Origin: Octopus sinensis
Lineage: Eukaryota
Reading direction: 5' to 3'
Length of the DNA: 64,000 nucleotides
Assembly: GCF_006345805.1 (NCBI RefSeq)
Contig: NC_042998.1
Coordinates: forward strand, 180,482,001-180,546,000
Shown: one piece after another, positions 14,455 to 27,950 of the stretch
How the letters are laid out: the number at the start of each line of letters is the position of its first letter
Numbering within the stretch: the stretch's first letter is position 1
Notes under the pieces: model-generated
What the model was told of the DNA's origin: nothing
The model's input: the letters and a program-made list of their open reading frames with translations, nothing else
The model's database searches: none
Made by a program: the position numbers and the translations under genes

Positions 14455-14800
14455 CGTTTCTAGGATGTAAGACGGTAGGTTCCCAATTGCAGTTTTCTAT
14501 CCTGAACTACGTCGGATCAAGCGAAGTCGTGGTGACCAGAGGTTGCGATACAGGGACGTGCTGCAGAGACATATGAAGAACTCCGGCAACTCCATAGATA
14601 CCTGGTAGGAAAAGGCCCTACAGAGCGACGAATGGCACCGATTGCTGAAGTTCCTAATTCCAATCATTGAGAAGAAACAATACAAGGAATAAGAAAGAGT
14701 ACATGAGAGGCGTCACTTCTACAGTAGATTTACTCGCAGCAGTTGTCATCGCTGCAGTAGATCAAGAGCATGACTTGTCACGCGTATACCAATCTGCTAT
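14455..14800 (+). mobile_element. RTE-clade LINE, 3' end relic
   Basis: Translates to RM.DGRFP.QFFYPELRRIKRSRGDQRLRYRDVLQRHMK and a terminal C..CHRC motif, typical of RTE C-termini. Confidence 0.75.
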
Positions 14801-15196
14801 AGATGGCGACTGAACAAGAACAGATAATGTCGAGCTATAAGGGACAGCCGATCTTTATAAAGATAGTTAGCAAACGTCAAGCATATATACGACTTGTATA
14901 AATGGTAGAAAGCGGATATTACTTGATCAGCACGTACATTAGTCAACGTATGTTATACACTTAGGCCCATTTCGATTTCGTTAGAAATTTCGATAAGATA
15001 GCTACAAAAATACAAATCACCGTTTAGCAACGAAGATTCCTTATTATGCGATTATAAATTAAAAAGTGTAGAGAATAATGAAGGTAAATCCGTACTACAT
15101 ATGTTTCCAAGCCAATCTTAACGTTTTACATAACTTAAACGAGCGTATAAATATGTGTGTGTGTATAAACACGCACAACATATATATATGTATATA

Positions 15197-15232
<36 letters not shown>

Positions 15233-15773
15233 TGTATGTATGTATGTATGTATTTAGACACACGCGTATAAACTTTTATATGTATGTATGTGTGTATGCG
15301 TATAAATCACAATGTCATTTGGTTAATGCAGGTGGTATATATTCTCCCCATTGTACTTATGATGTAATACTCACAGCCATGTTGGAAGCAATAGAGTTTC
15401 AATGTTTGAAGAATAGTCATGTCATTTGTTTATTTATTTATTTGTAACTCTTCCCTAGGGTACCTCAATTTTCGAAACATTTTATTTCATATAGAAAGAC
15501 CATGGGATCAATACTAGTCTTGTTGGGACAATACAATGATAATGATAAATGCCACTGTCGTCCATCATAACATCTATAGACTCGAATAAGTATAGTCATG
15601 TATTTCTCAAGAGAATTATAGGAAAGTTAGCATTTACATAACCACCAGTTGTTAGGGTACCGCAACAACGGTTTAGCATGTTCAGTATCAGATGCAAGTT
15701 ATTCCAGAAATATGAACAAACCCCAGAATGTAAATAGTAATTACCTATAATGTATAGGAAGCAAACATGCACG

Positions 15774-15828
<55 letters not shown>

Positions 15829-16645
15829 ACATCACGATACATGCGGAAGATTATATGCATACTCACACGTACACAGGATTCATGTGTGTGTGTGTGTACG
15901 TGCAGTAAGTGTTGAAAATTTATGTAATCGGATTGCCAGAGTGATTATATGATCTGTTCGAGCATGTATGATCACAGAGATATGCAGATACCTGCTAATG
16001 TGCATATTACTTATTTTATAATTAGTATTTATATCCTGTGGTATTTTGATTCTTTCGCTGACTTATTTCAAAATGATTCTTGAAATAAATGAATTTTGCT
16101 TCACCACTTGATTCATATATAGTTTCATATATTTTAATTAGAATGAAATGTACTTGCTAAATTTAGTTTTCGAAATCGCTGACTTTTATAAATTTATTAC
16201 TGTTTGTTTCTTTTACGTTATTAATAGTCCGTGTATTTCGCTTCTGACTGATTTACAACACAAATTTCATCTTAAAACTGAAAGTCATTTTATTTGCATT
16301 AATTGTTTGGCTAATGGCAGTTGCGACATTTAACCAATAACTTTTAACTTCGCTTTGTATTTCTTTTTTAATGTTTTGAACCAATAATTTAGCTAAACAC
16401 TATTCTCTTAAAAACTACATTTGGTATTTAATTAAATCTATGTAAGAATATATTCTTAGCCTAGCTCTAAAATAATTTTCTGTTCATTTAGCCGTTAGAA
16501 AGAATATACTGGTTCAATAACGAAAAGGTTGCTCAGCTTCGATGCAATCCAGTGATACATCTCTATTTCGTTAAATTGCTTATATAACATTTTTGGTCTT
16601 AATATATTTAAAGCAGTGAAAATTAAAATATTTAATGAAAACTAC

Positions 16646-17084
16646 GGATCTTTTCGGTTTGAACGGCAGTTTTTTCTAGCGGTGTCATATAAGGTGTTCA
16701 CCCATAATTATGACCCTAGTATCGATCTATTGCATTTCAATCTGTTTTAGGGTTAGGGTTAGTTAGGGTTAGGGTTAGGGTTAGGGGTGGGGGGAAGGGT
16801 ATCTTTTTTTCTTCACAAATGTAAATTAACCCAATCTGTTTCTTAAACGAGGGACATATTCATACGGCACAGAATGTTTTTTACCTCAATAGACGGCAGT
16901 AATTGGTTGAAATTGCAGAAATTGAAGTAAAAAAACCACAAATATCTTACAAACTATAGAATTTTCTCAATAAAGGCAAGAGAAAAAGATGTTTTATAAA
17001 CACATTCTACCAGTATACAAAGTTTAAAATTTTTTAGTTACCTAGAAATTATGTTAAAAACTGCCGTTCAAACCGAAAAGACCC
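16646..17084. mobile_element. MITE with about 29-bp TIRs, 8-bp TSD and internal (TTAGGG)n
   Basis: TIR ggatcttttcggtttgaacggcagttttt / aaaaactgccgttcaaaccgaaaagaccc; TSD aaaactac at 16638-16645 and 17085-17092; second copy at 25606-26018. Confidence 0.92.
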
Positions 17085-17339
17085 AAAACTACTTATGAGA
17101 TGAAAGAAATGCAACATTACTTTAATCATTTCGAAAATACGTGAAGTTACACTGGGCCAGTTTAAGCTTTATCAATCCTCAAAACAAAGTACTGTTATAA
17201 AAACCACTAAGAAGTGTTTGCTGCTGAGATTTGATATGAGCTATGGAAGTACTGGGCTACTCTTTTCTGCATATATGAAATGAATGTAATAATATTTCTT
17301 ATTCAGATAATGTTTCTTCATTAAAACGGAAATATTTCT

Positions 17340-17724
17340 AACTAGCAGTGTCGCCCGGCGTTGCTCGGGTTTCTTTCGATCCTTTAGAATTGGAATTTTT
17401 GAAAAGTAAAAATTTTGCATTATGTAGCTTGTTATTTTCTTTTTTCTGGTTGAAATAACGAGAAAAATGGCGACACAGCAGTCAAGAAATCGTAAAAAAT
17501 AGGGATTTTCATAGAAAAAAAGCACCCTTTTTGATGTAAATAATTTTTGGTCTTAACATGGTCCGATTTGAAGTTTTTCTTCTACGGAAGGAAGAGCAAG
17601 CTTTGTTCTATTATATTCTCAATTTTGGTCACTTTGCGCTGCAGGGTCTCGGAGGAGATAGTGTTAGTTGAAGGCTACCAAACCTGCCATACACAGACAA
17701 CTTCAGCTTCATACATAGAGAGAT
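17340..17724 (+). mobile_element. HINE/DINE-1-like non-autonomous Helentron-type element
   Basis: Starts actagcagtgtcgcccggcgttgctcggg (5' hairpin), ends cttcagcttcatacatagagagat before tt; no TSD seen. Family assignment is from end motifs only. Confidence 0.65.
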
Positions 17725-18001
17725 TTGGTATGCAATGCTGAGTGCTTTAAATATGCCAACAACCTAAATATTGTTTATCGTATGAATAGCAACTTGTATT
17801 AGTTAACCTCGATAATTTGAATTTTGCTTACCAATATCAATAATCATATACGATTATTTCACTAAGATATTTTCTTAGGACTGTTTCGTAATGGTATCAA
17901 CGGACCAGATGTAATCTTCGTCATATCCACTCGATATTTTAGATCTTATACACATACATATATACATACACACACCCAGGTGCCTACAAATATATGTAAT
18001 A

Positions 18002-18060
<59 letters not shown>

Positions 18061-18392
18061 TGGAAGGGTTGGAGATGATGTTCAGGTATTTATATTAGAA
18101 GAACTGATGTAATCAGAAGATCGGATGGTTTATATGTACAGATATTTATTTATATATTACATTTTTTACATATATATCATATCATTTAGATCATTAGCGC
18201 TTTCTCCGATTCCAGTGGGGTTTACATTATGTAGCTTGGGAGAAATGGGAGAAAGCGCTAATGATCTAAATGATATGATATATATGTAAAAATGTAATAT
18301 ATAAATAAATATCTGTAAATATAAACCATCCGATCTTCTGATTACCTCATTTCTCCTAATATATATATATATATATATATATATGCATATAT

Positions 18393-18554
18393 ATAGGCAT
18401 TGGAGTGGCTGTGTGGTAAATAGCTTGCTTATGAACCACATGGTTCCGGGTTCAGTCCCACTGCATGGCACCTTGGGCAAGTGTCTTCTACTATAGCCTC
18501 GGGCCGAACAAAGCTTTGTGAGAGGATTTGATACAGAAGCCCGTCGTATATATG

Positions 18555-18610
<56 letters not shown>

Positions 18611-18826
18611 GTTTGTGTGTGTCTGTGTTGTTTGTCCCCCCAACATCGCATGACAACCGATGCTGGTGTGTTTACGTCCCCGTAACTTAGCGGTTCAGCA
18701 AAAGACACCGATACAATAAGCACTAGGCTTACGAAGAATAAGTATTGAGGTCGATTTGCTCGACTAAAGGCGGTGCTCCAGCATGGCCACAGTCAAATGA
18801 CTGAAACAAGTTAAAGAGTAAAAGAG
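18393..18826 (+). mobile_element. Full-length SINE family B
   Basis: taggcattggagtggctgtgtggtaa...gggttcagtccc...internal TA/TG repeat...gactgaaacaagttaaagagtaaaagag. Confidence 0.92.
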
Positions 18827-19358
18827 CATACATACATACATGCATATATACACACATACATACAATCGCTGACAGATTATGGTTATTGTAATGATACATT
18901 TACTTGCAGTTTTCATAAGTTCATATCGACAACGTAACACAACCTAAATAGGTGCAATAGTTTCTCTAATTAACAATACTAGTTTGTATTATAAGAAATA
19001 ATGTTATATTTATTTGTTGCAGTTCACAAAGTATGAACCATGAGTTAGAAATTTAACGCATACATCATACATCATTACTGTAAGCATTTGTAACTAAGGG
19101 CTCATTGTCGTCAATAAAAGAATATTCCGAGCATTGAAATTATTATTTTGCTAAATTCCTGATATTATGTGTGTATATGTGCAAGTGTGCGTGTGAGCGC
19201 GCACGTGTATTTATGGAGCATATATATATATATATATAAGCAATGCGTGCAGATACGTATATATGTAGAACTGTCTTTCTTTTTTCTCTTTTTCTTTCTC
19301 TCATTGAATATACATGTACATATACATACATACGTATATATTATATATATATATATAT

Positions 19359-19389
<31 letters not shown>

Positions 19390-19683
19390 TAATATATTAT
19401 ATATATATATATATATACAACACATATATTATACATATATATATTATATATACATACATATATATATATATACATTATATATATATATACATATATGTAT
19501 ACATATAACATACATACAAACATACATACAAACATATATACATACATGTATATATACATATATATATATATATACGTATATATATACATATGCACATATG
19601 TATATGTATATGTATGTGTGAGTATAAATTTTTACCATATGTATATAACATATATATATATATTATATATATATATATAATAT

Positions 19684-19717
<34 letters not shown>

Positions 19718-21602
19718 ATATATATATATATAAACAGTTTCACTGATTCATATTCCTAGAACATATTTTTGCACGTACCCCTTCTTTTGTTCCATGTTGC
19801 ATAGCATTTGACCTCAGTGTGTGTACACATTATTTTCCCATTCAGACAAAATATATATTTTTCCCCCACAGACACAGCCTGTGAAGTCTCTACTTTAAAC
19901 TGATACGTATATATTTTCATTGTGTAAGATGAAAGTATTACACGACAGCTGTGGCAGCTTTCACTCATATATATTTGTCAATGCAGTAACAGAATAATTG
20001 CTGATAGACAGCTAATTAAAACAATTCCTAACACTTAATTTTGTATCTCTCGAATCAGCTCAATCCAAGAAAGGGATGAATTATAGAAAATACTTCCTCA
20101 AAGAAGAAATGGCACAAGGCATAAATCAAATAAACTCTAACAATTGCATTCTTAAATTTTTCTTCAAGTGTTGAAGAGATATGCTTGTAAAATATAGTTA
20201 GAGGCCTTTCACTGCGATTAACCTATAGTCAATTCTTATCGGATCTATTGTATCCTGCGTGTCAGATTCAGGACATGTTAGAAGAGAACTAGAATGCAAT
20301 GGAGTCTATAATAAATGGGATACACTCCAGTTAGTGACACAGGGAATGCAAATACAGTAAATAACTTGCTGAGTTTTCAAACAAAGAAAGCCCCAATAAT
20401 TCTTTTACCGTTATCGCTGACATGTCCACCCTTTTATCGCGATTATTCTGAAATATCTTGCGTTTTATTTATTGCGCATTTTTGTTCAAATATGTTATAA
20501 ATTTTTTCAAGAATGCATTTTTCGTGTCTAAAACTATTTTCAATTCTTATTTTTAAGTTCATTATTCTTTGTCAATAAATGAGAAAGATTTTTTAAAATA
20601 TCGTAAAATAAGATGGAATTTTATGGAGCGTTATAACATTTATAAGTAATTGACAATTCTGGTTGACACGGTTACAATGTATGAAACAATGACGCTTTCT
20701 GGTGTGAAAATATAATTTTTGTCATTTAATGGTATTAAGGAGCATCAACATAACACAGCGAGTATATCTTGATCAACTCCATGGCAATCAGATAAATATT
20801 AGCACAACTTACAAGTCGTTTATAAATAAATTTCATAAAGAAAATGTGATTGCTTCTTTTTGACAAGAACACAGAGTAAGATAACGAAGAAAGAAGAATG
20901 AGATTTTGAAACATGCATGCCATTCTCTGTGTCTTTCGCAATCGGATGGAAATGAATTGTTATCAAAAGCTAAAATAAAGTCACAGAATCATTTCAGTGG
21001 TTACTGACAGTGACCCAATAGTTATATGAATCTGGTTTTCTTCTTTCCCGAACTATAGAGAATATAGAGAAATAATAAAGATTTGATAAACTGATAGAGT
21101 TACACTATGTTTATAGAAATAAATGTTCTGTTCAGAAAAGATGAGAAAACTTTCTTCTTACTATCAAATTAGATTTTAGAGATTTTTATCCCAATTGTCA
21201 GAAATTATGTGGGATTTAAAATGACCTTTTGTGTTTGCCTATTAAAAGGGCCTGAGTTGTGAAACAGATCAGTTTTCTTGTTATGGGTTTTTCATTTTAC
21301 ATACTGTCCCTTTTTGTAGTAAAAAGCGTAGAGAGGAATAAGCTTCACTTGGCTGGCATACAATCAATGCTCTACATGGAAAAGGAGGCATTTATAGTAA
21401 ACAAATGTCTCATAAACTTTGTAGGTAGTCTGTTACTTGTTCTAATCATTGTTCTGAGTCCACACTGGCGCAATGTTTTACATATAAAGACGCAATGTGT
21501 ACGCGTGTGTGTGTGTGCATGTGTGTGTGTGCCTGTGTGTGTGTGCCTGTGTGTGTGCATATGTGTGTATGTATGTGTATATGTGTGTGTGTGTGTATAC
21601 AA

Positions 21603-22870
21603 CGTGAACTTCTGCCCTTTTACATAGAAACCTCTTCTCTTGAAGACCCTGAATTTTACTAGGCAATTCAATACAATATCAGCGATTTCGATGCCATACT
21701 CATCATGAACACCAGAAAGTCAATCCCGGTTTAGGACGATACCTTCTGGGTGAAGAAAAACTGCGAACTAATGTTCAACGGTTCTACAGGAAGATACAAC
21801 GGGGCTGAGATTATCGGGTTATTGATCTTATATACCCTGCAGAAATACATACACTCACTCAGGTAAGCCCTTTACATGAACGTCGGCCAGGCATTCTCAT
21901 GTCATGTGATCGACCACATCAAAGATAATTTAGAGAGGACGGGTTAAAGATATTCAAAGGATTTGGCCTGTTCATAACTTCACTACGGTGGTCTTCCTAA
22001 ACGTTACTCAAGATCTGAAAATGGGCAAGTACTACCCTTATAGAAGACCAACGAGGAATGTACATCCGGAGAAGTCCGATTAATAGACTTAGCTTCCGGT
22101 GTTACCAGATTCTATCTAAGCTTTCAGCTAATAGACAGATAATGAAAAGGGCTGCTGACTACTACAGTGAGGCATTAGCGAGGAGCCTATTTTCTGAGTA
22201 AGCATATATGGAGGGCTCTCAACTTCTATCCTTGCACTAGAAGAGGATCAGAAAGAGAAAGATAATCTCATTCAACTCTCCATTTAACGTAGAAGTTCCG
22301 ATAAACGTATCTAGGACCTTGGTGGCTTTGATTAAGAAGTATTTCCGAGGAGCCATAGGTACTATACGCTTTTCAATCCACATAATGCCATGGTGAGATA
22401 CCCCTACTGAGACAACATTACTTCTAAAATTAGCTGCTACAACATATGCAAACATGCACCCACACTACCTCCAAACTTGTAATTTTCGAAACCTTACGAG
22501 CTGCTGTCTTAGAGAATGCTGTCTCTTAAGGGCTGTAGTCTACAGAGCCATTCTCACACCATCCGACGGCATCATAAGACACTACATGAGCATGACAGCC
22601 GGTGACTTCAACGAAATGTTCACGCATCATATACATTCGCTTAGTTACAAAGATAGAGAGAATGCCATCTCTCTCTCTCTTGTTTCCTTTGGAGTCTTTA
22701 CGACCTCCGAAAGGAAATTTCTCATATTGACAGGGACCCACCTTACTCGGACGCTGTAATTGCGAGCTCTGTCTTTGCGCAATACTGAAATAGTGGAGAA
22801 AATACGATATTGCTGTGGGCTCTCCCTAGGCAAGAAGTCAAACTTTCTTTTGCCCATGACACTACATGGA
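21603..22870 (+). mobile_element. Decayed Penelope-like element (RT plus GIY-YIG region)
   Basis: Remnant motifs across frames: IIMNTRKSI, GRYNGAE (GSYDGAE-like), VVFLNVT, YYPYRRP, IISFNSPFN (IWFNPPFN-like), CNFRN..C.L.ECCL.AVVY.A and ..YMSMT..DF (YIG-like). Heavily frameshifted. Confidence 0.8.
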
Positions 22871-23356
22871 CCCTAAGTAAGGCATGTGTAAAATCTGAAT
22901 GAAATTGATCGTGTAGTTCTCAAGTTTTAGGGATTCCCACAGACAGACAGATACACATTCTCAGTTTCATATATAGAGATACATAATGTGTGTGTGGGGG
23001 TGTATGTTTGTATGCGTGTGCGTGTACGTGTGTGTGTGTGTGTGTATGTGTGTGTATGTACTAGACACCCTGCAAACCAGTAGTGGTTTGTGTTAAAGAA
23101 AAAACATACAACAGTTATTAACATGTGTGAAATCAGATGAGCTTATCTGCAGTGAGGGGAAATTACCGAATCTGCTGATTTGAATAGAGTTCTACTTCAA
23201 AGGAAAAAAGATTTCTTCAGCGAAAGAAAACCTTTCAAGAAAGTGCGAAAATTCTCTCCACATTTCAGCACATGAACATATTTTAAGAATTTCCTTCTAT
23301 ATTATGGTACAAACAAATAGTTTAGTTTTAATGAACTCAAAATTGTAATCTATTAT

Positions 23357-23489
23357 GGTAAGAAGTTGTGGAATAAGATGTTTGCTTCCCAAGCACATGG
23401 TCCCAGGTTCATTCCCATTCTGTGGAGCCTTGGGCCAACTAAATCATTATGAGAGGATTTAGTAGACAGAAACTGAAAGAAGTTCCTTG

Positions 23490-23536
<47 letters not shown>

Positions 23537-23780
23537 GTGTGTGTGTATTTATGTATATGTGTGTCTTTGTGTCTATGTTTATTCCCCCATCAACGCTTGA
23601 CAGCCGGTGTTGGTAGTTTTGCGTCCCCGTAACTTTGTGGTTCAGCCAAAAAGACCGATAGATTAGGTACAAGGCTCAAAAATATGTACTGGGGTCGATT
23701 CATTCAGCTGAAAAGAATTTTAAGGCAGTGCCCCAAGAGGGTTGCAGTCTAATGACTGAAACAAGTAAAAGATAAAAGAT
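23357..23780 (+). mobile_element. SINE family B, diverged
   Basis: Colinear with 18393-18826 including the internal TA tract. Confidence 0.85.
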
Positions 23781-24087
23781 ATTATCAATGGTCATTACCT
23801 CGATATATCTTTGATTACTTTATCGATTGATTAATGGCGAACCAAATGAACGCTGTCACTATAACTGTGATACCATTGTGTCTATGTTGAAGACACTTTA
23901 TTCTTAACCGATTATTTCCAACTGAAGAGCAGCATCTTGAATTTTATATATGATGTATCATACGTAAATAGTTTTTGGTTTCTGTTACTAATCAACTCCG
24001 AATTAATGACAGACAAAAGTCAGAATATAAATGCACTGCACTAAATCTCGTGTAGTATTTCCACTGTACCATATAACAAAATCAGCT

Positions 24088-24230
24088 TTTATGTATTTAT
24101 ATACTAACGCAAGTTTATTGTTGAATATTGGAAAAAGGAGTACCCCTTTGGCCGAGACATCTTCCTAATCTGGAGTTTCGCTTGTAAATACAATCATCAA
24201 AGATGAATGTATACACACACACACCTTTAG
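24088..24230. mobile_element. Short interspersed repeat flanked by 17-bp TSD (inverted copy at about 30898-31025)
   Basis: atataacaaaatcagct at 24071-24087 and 24231-24247; the internal sequence is the reverse complement of about 30900-31020. Confidence 0.8.
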
Positions 24231-24799
24231 ATATAACAAAATCAGCTCCTAATATAGGAACAACGCCTTGCATTTAATTCTTAAGTATTTTAATTGATAC
24301 CTGTTTGATCCGGAGTGGGCAAATGTAAAATCGGCATTGACTGGATTTGAACTAGGAACTTAAAAGGAAGTTATCTAAACACCCTATGTCTACCAAATTT
24401 TCGTCTCCCCTGTACATAGATATCAAAAATCTATTAAAACAATGACGAAATCTCGGTTTATATCAGAACATTTGTCATATAACACTAACTTGGTGTGCTT
24501 TAGGTGAATCATTGTAATGTATCGGATATACATTTCAATAAAACATCTCTTGATACATCCCATAGGTAGCAAACATGTCACTACACAGACGATGAAATTA
24601 TGAAAATAGACATCTAAAGAAATCAATATGATTTGAAGAATTTCTAATAAGTAGTATAAAAATATAGGCAGGCTTATTCAGTGGACAACAATAGGCAGTC
24701 CTGAAATAGAAATCACTTTGGACATCAGAATGACAGATATTCTGTTGATAATTAAACGTTTTTGTGTTGCCATAATAAATTCTTATCCTATTTGCATTT

Positions 24800-24816
24800 A
24801 ATAATAATAATAATAA

Positions 24817-24895
<79 letters not shown>

Positions 24896-24900
24896 GTGCT
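24800..24900. repeat. (AAT)n microsatellite
   Basis: Direct reading. Confidence 0.97.
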
Positions 24901-25605
24901 ATTATTATGATCATCATCTCCCAACACATATGATTTTAATTTTGAATACAGTTTTAGTAGAATAGTTCTATAGAATAGTGTATTTCCTTTCTTTGACATG
25001 TTAATATTTCATCTATAAATGTATCACCTCGGAGTGTTTTCTGAAATAGGAATTTTTAGGAGAGAATAATAGCATTGAGAAGTAAAATAAGGGAAAAGCT
25101 ATTTGCTTCCTAATTTAGGATTTAATTTATTTATTTAAGGTTTCTGACATTAACGCAGACATACACGCATTAACAAATACACGCACACACACACACATAT
25201 ATATGCACATACGTATATATATACACATACTTCTACATTTATATAGACACATACACACACACATATATATATATATATGTATGTATTATGTATTTAGATT
25301 TTAAAATATATGCATACTCATTTATACATGAGTATATGCATACTCATTTATGCTCATATGGACGCATTTATGTACACCGTTCTACTGACCGATGTTGTTT
25401 ACATCTAATAACTTTATATTCCGTGGCCTAGAGCATCGATCAATAACATGCCACTACAATTTTTATCGTAAACAAATAAATAATGGAGGCGATGTGATCA
25501 ACTAAAACCATGAACGTTGTGGCCTGACATGACCACACTCCAACGACTGAAATCTGTAAAAGGAACGGATATCCAAGTACGTATGTGAATGTTTATATGT
25601 ACTTG

Positions 25606-26018
25606 GGATCTTTTCGGTTTGAACGGCAGTTTTTTCTAGCGGTGTCATATGAAATTGTCACCCATAATTATGACCCTAGTATCGATCTATTGCATTTCAA
25701 TCTGTTTTAGGGTTAGGGGTGGGGGGAAGGGTATCTTTTTTTCTTCACAAATGTAAATAAACCCAATCTGTTTCTTAAACAAGGGACATATTCATACGGC
25801 ACAGAATGTTTTTCACCTCAAATAGACGTCATTGATTGGTTTAAATTGCAGAAATTAAAGAAAAAAAAGCAACAAATATCTTACAAACTATAGAATTTTT
25901 TCAATAAAGCCAAGAGAAAAAGATGTTTTATAAACACATTCTACCAGCATACGAAGTTTAACATTTTTTAGTTACCTAGAAATTATGTTAAAAACTGGCG
26001 TTCAAACCGAAAAGATCC
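25606..26018. mobile_element. MITE, second copy, 8-bp TSD
   Basis: TSD tgtacttg at 25598-25605 and 26019-26026; colinear with 16646-17084 but with a shorter TTAGGG tract. Confidence 0.92.
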
Positions 26019-26023
26019 TGTAC

Positions 26024-26068
<45 letters not shown>

Positions 26069-26102
26069 TGTGTGTGTGTATGTGTGTGTGTGTGTGTGTG
26101 TC

Positions 26103-26138
<36 letters not shown>

Positions 26139-26851
26139 TAGCGATTTCTTCATGCTTCTGTGAGGCAGAAGTGTGGGTGTTGAGTACGTGTGTATATTTA
26201 TGCATTTGGAAAAAGAGATTTGTATATAGACACATTCAAACTTATAAGAAAATATAAATAATCGTCAAAGTGAATTTGTTAAAAACCTATTAAACTTGTG
26301 AAACTCTAGTAGTTATTAGGTGTCTGTTTGTAGATATGGGATCATATCAAAGAGAACACGAGTGGTTATGTTAACAGAAGTTAAACATCACATCGTTAGA
26401 AAGATTTTATATCTTTTCTACAGCTTTTCATTCTTTGCGTAGGGGGTGGTTGTTGCGCTTTGTCTTTAGATCCCTATCACTGAAATACATAAAAGAAGAA
26501 AATACGAAGCACAGATATGATACACGGATAAATGGCCAGCTGTCGGAGCCATTGAATAGAAACCACGTGACAAAAGAATAGTTAACGTTCAAAAACAGCT
26601 GCTTTTTTTTTGAGTGAAGAAGACAGGATAATTACCATGTCTCCCCACCATTGGAATACAAGCAGACATAAATATAGGGCAATATAGCACTCAGAAATCT
26701 GTTTGGTTTAAACATTAGCAAGGAAAAAATTTAGTAATTCCTAATGTCACTGGGAAAATGCATACATAGATACATATATTATGTATATGTGTATGTATGT
26801 GTACACACACACATATATACATATATATATATATATACATACATGCATACA

Positions 26852-26887
<36 letters not shown>

Positions 26888-26929
26888 TATGTATATATAT
26901 ATATATACACATATATATATATATATATT

Positions 26930-26980
<51 letters not shown>

Positions 26981-27517
26981 GCTTTCGTCATCAATAATAC
27001 AATGAATCAGAGAGACGGAAAAAAGATGAAATAAGAAATGAATAGGGAATGCCCTATAACTATAAGGTATATTAACAGCCCTGGTTCCTGGTTATTCCCA
27101 TTTGAGTTCCGTAGGGTTCAAACCTTTATATTCACAAAAGATTTCGCAGTTTGAATTTTTCAACTTTCAATAAATAAAATCCACACTTGTCTGCTGTGGC
27201 ATAGCTATTGTTCTCTTTTAATTCGCAGTTAGATCTTACGATAAAATAAATGCAAAAAAGTTCGTCTTTTTTCTCCATTCGGTATAACATCCCAAATGTA
27301 TTGCAGATAAAACAAAGTGAATGCTGAGAGGTACGAGTCCTCCCCTTCGGCATTAGTGACATAAACGAAATAAAATTAGATCAGAAACACAAAATGAAAC
27401 CAGGTCACGAAACTAATTTTCCTCAGTTTACGAGTAGGTACATTCTGTTTGCCTGAAATAAAAAATTATATAATGTGTGTGTATGATATACAAAAGAGAA
27501 ACCAGAGTCGCAATAAT

Positions 27518-27950
27518 TCTTTTCTATTCTAGGCACAAGGCCCGAAATTTTTCGGAAGGAGGCCAGTCGATTAGATCAACCTAGTACACAACTGATACTT
27601 AATTTATCGACCCCGAAAGGATGAAAGGAAAAGTCGACCTCGGCGGAATTTGAACTTAGAACGAAAAGACAGACGAAATACTGCTAAGCATTTCGCCCGG
27701 CGTGCTAACGTTTCTTATTTCTTTATTGCCCACGAGGGGCTAAACATAGAGGGGGACAAACAAGGACAGACAAAGGGATTAATTTGATTACATCGTCCCC
27801 AGTGCGTAACTGGTACTTAATTTATCGTCCCCGAAAGGATGAAAGGCAAAGTCGACCTCGGCGGAATTTGAACTTAGAACGAAAAGACAGACGAAAAACT
27901 GCTAAGCATTTCGCCCGGCGTGCTAACGTTTCTGCCAGCTCGCCGCCTTA
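27518..27950 (-). mobile_element. Dimeric SINE family A with 14-bp TSD
   Basis: TSD agagtcgcaataat at 27504-27517 and 27951-27964 encloses two head-body units joined near 27714. Confidence 0.92.

Noticed and set aside
16748-16785. TTAGGG tract as a true telomere or fusion scar
   Set aside because: It lies inside a TSD-bounded MITE, with a homologous shorter tract in the second copy.
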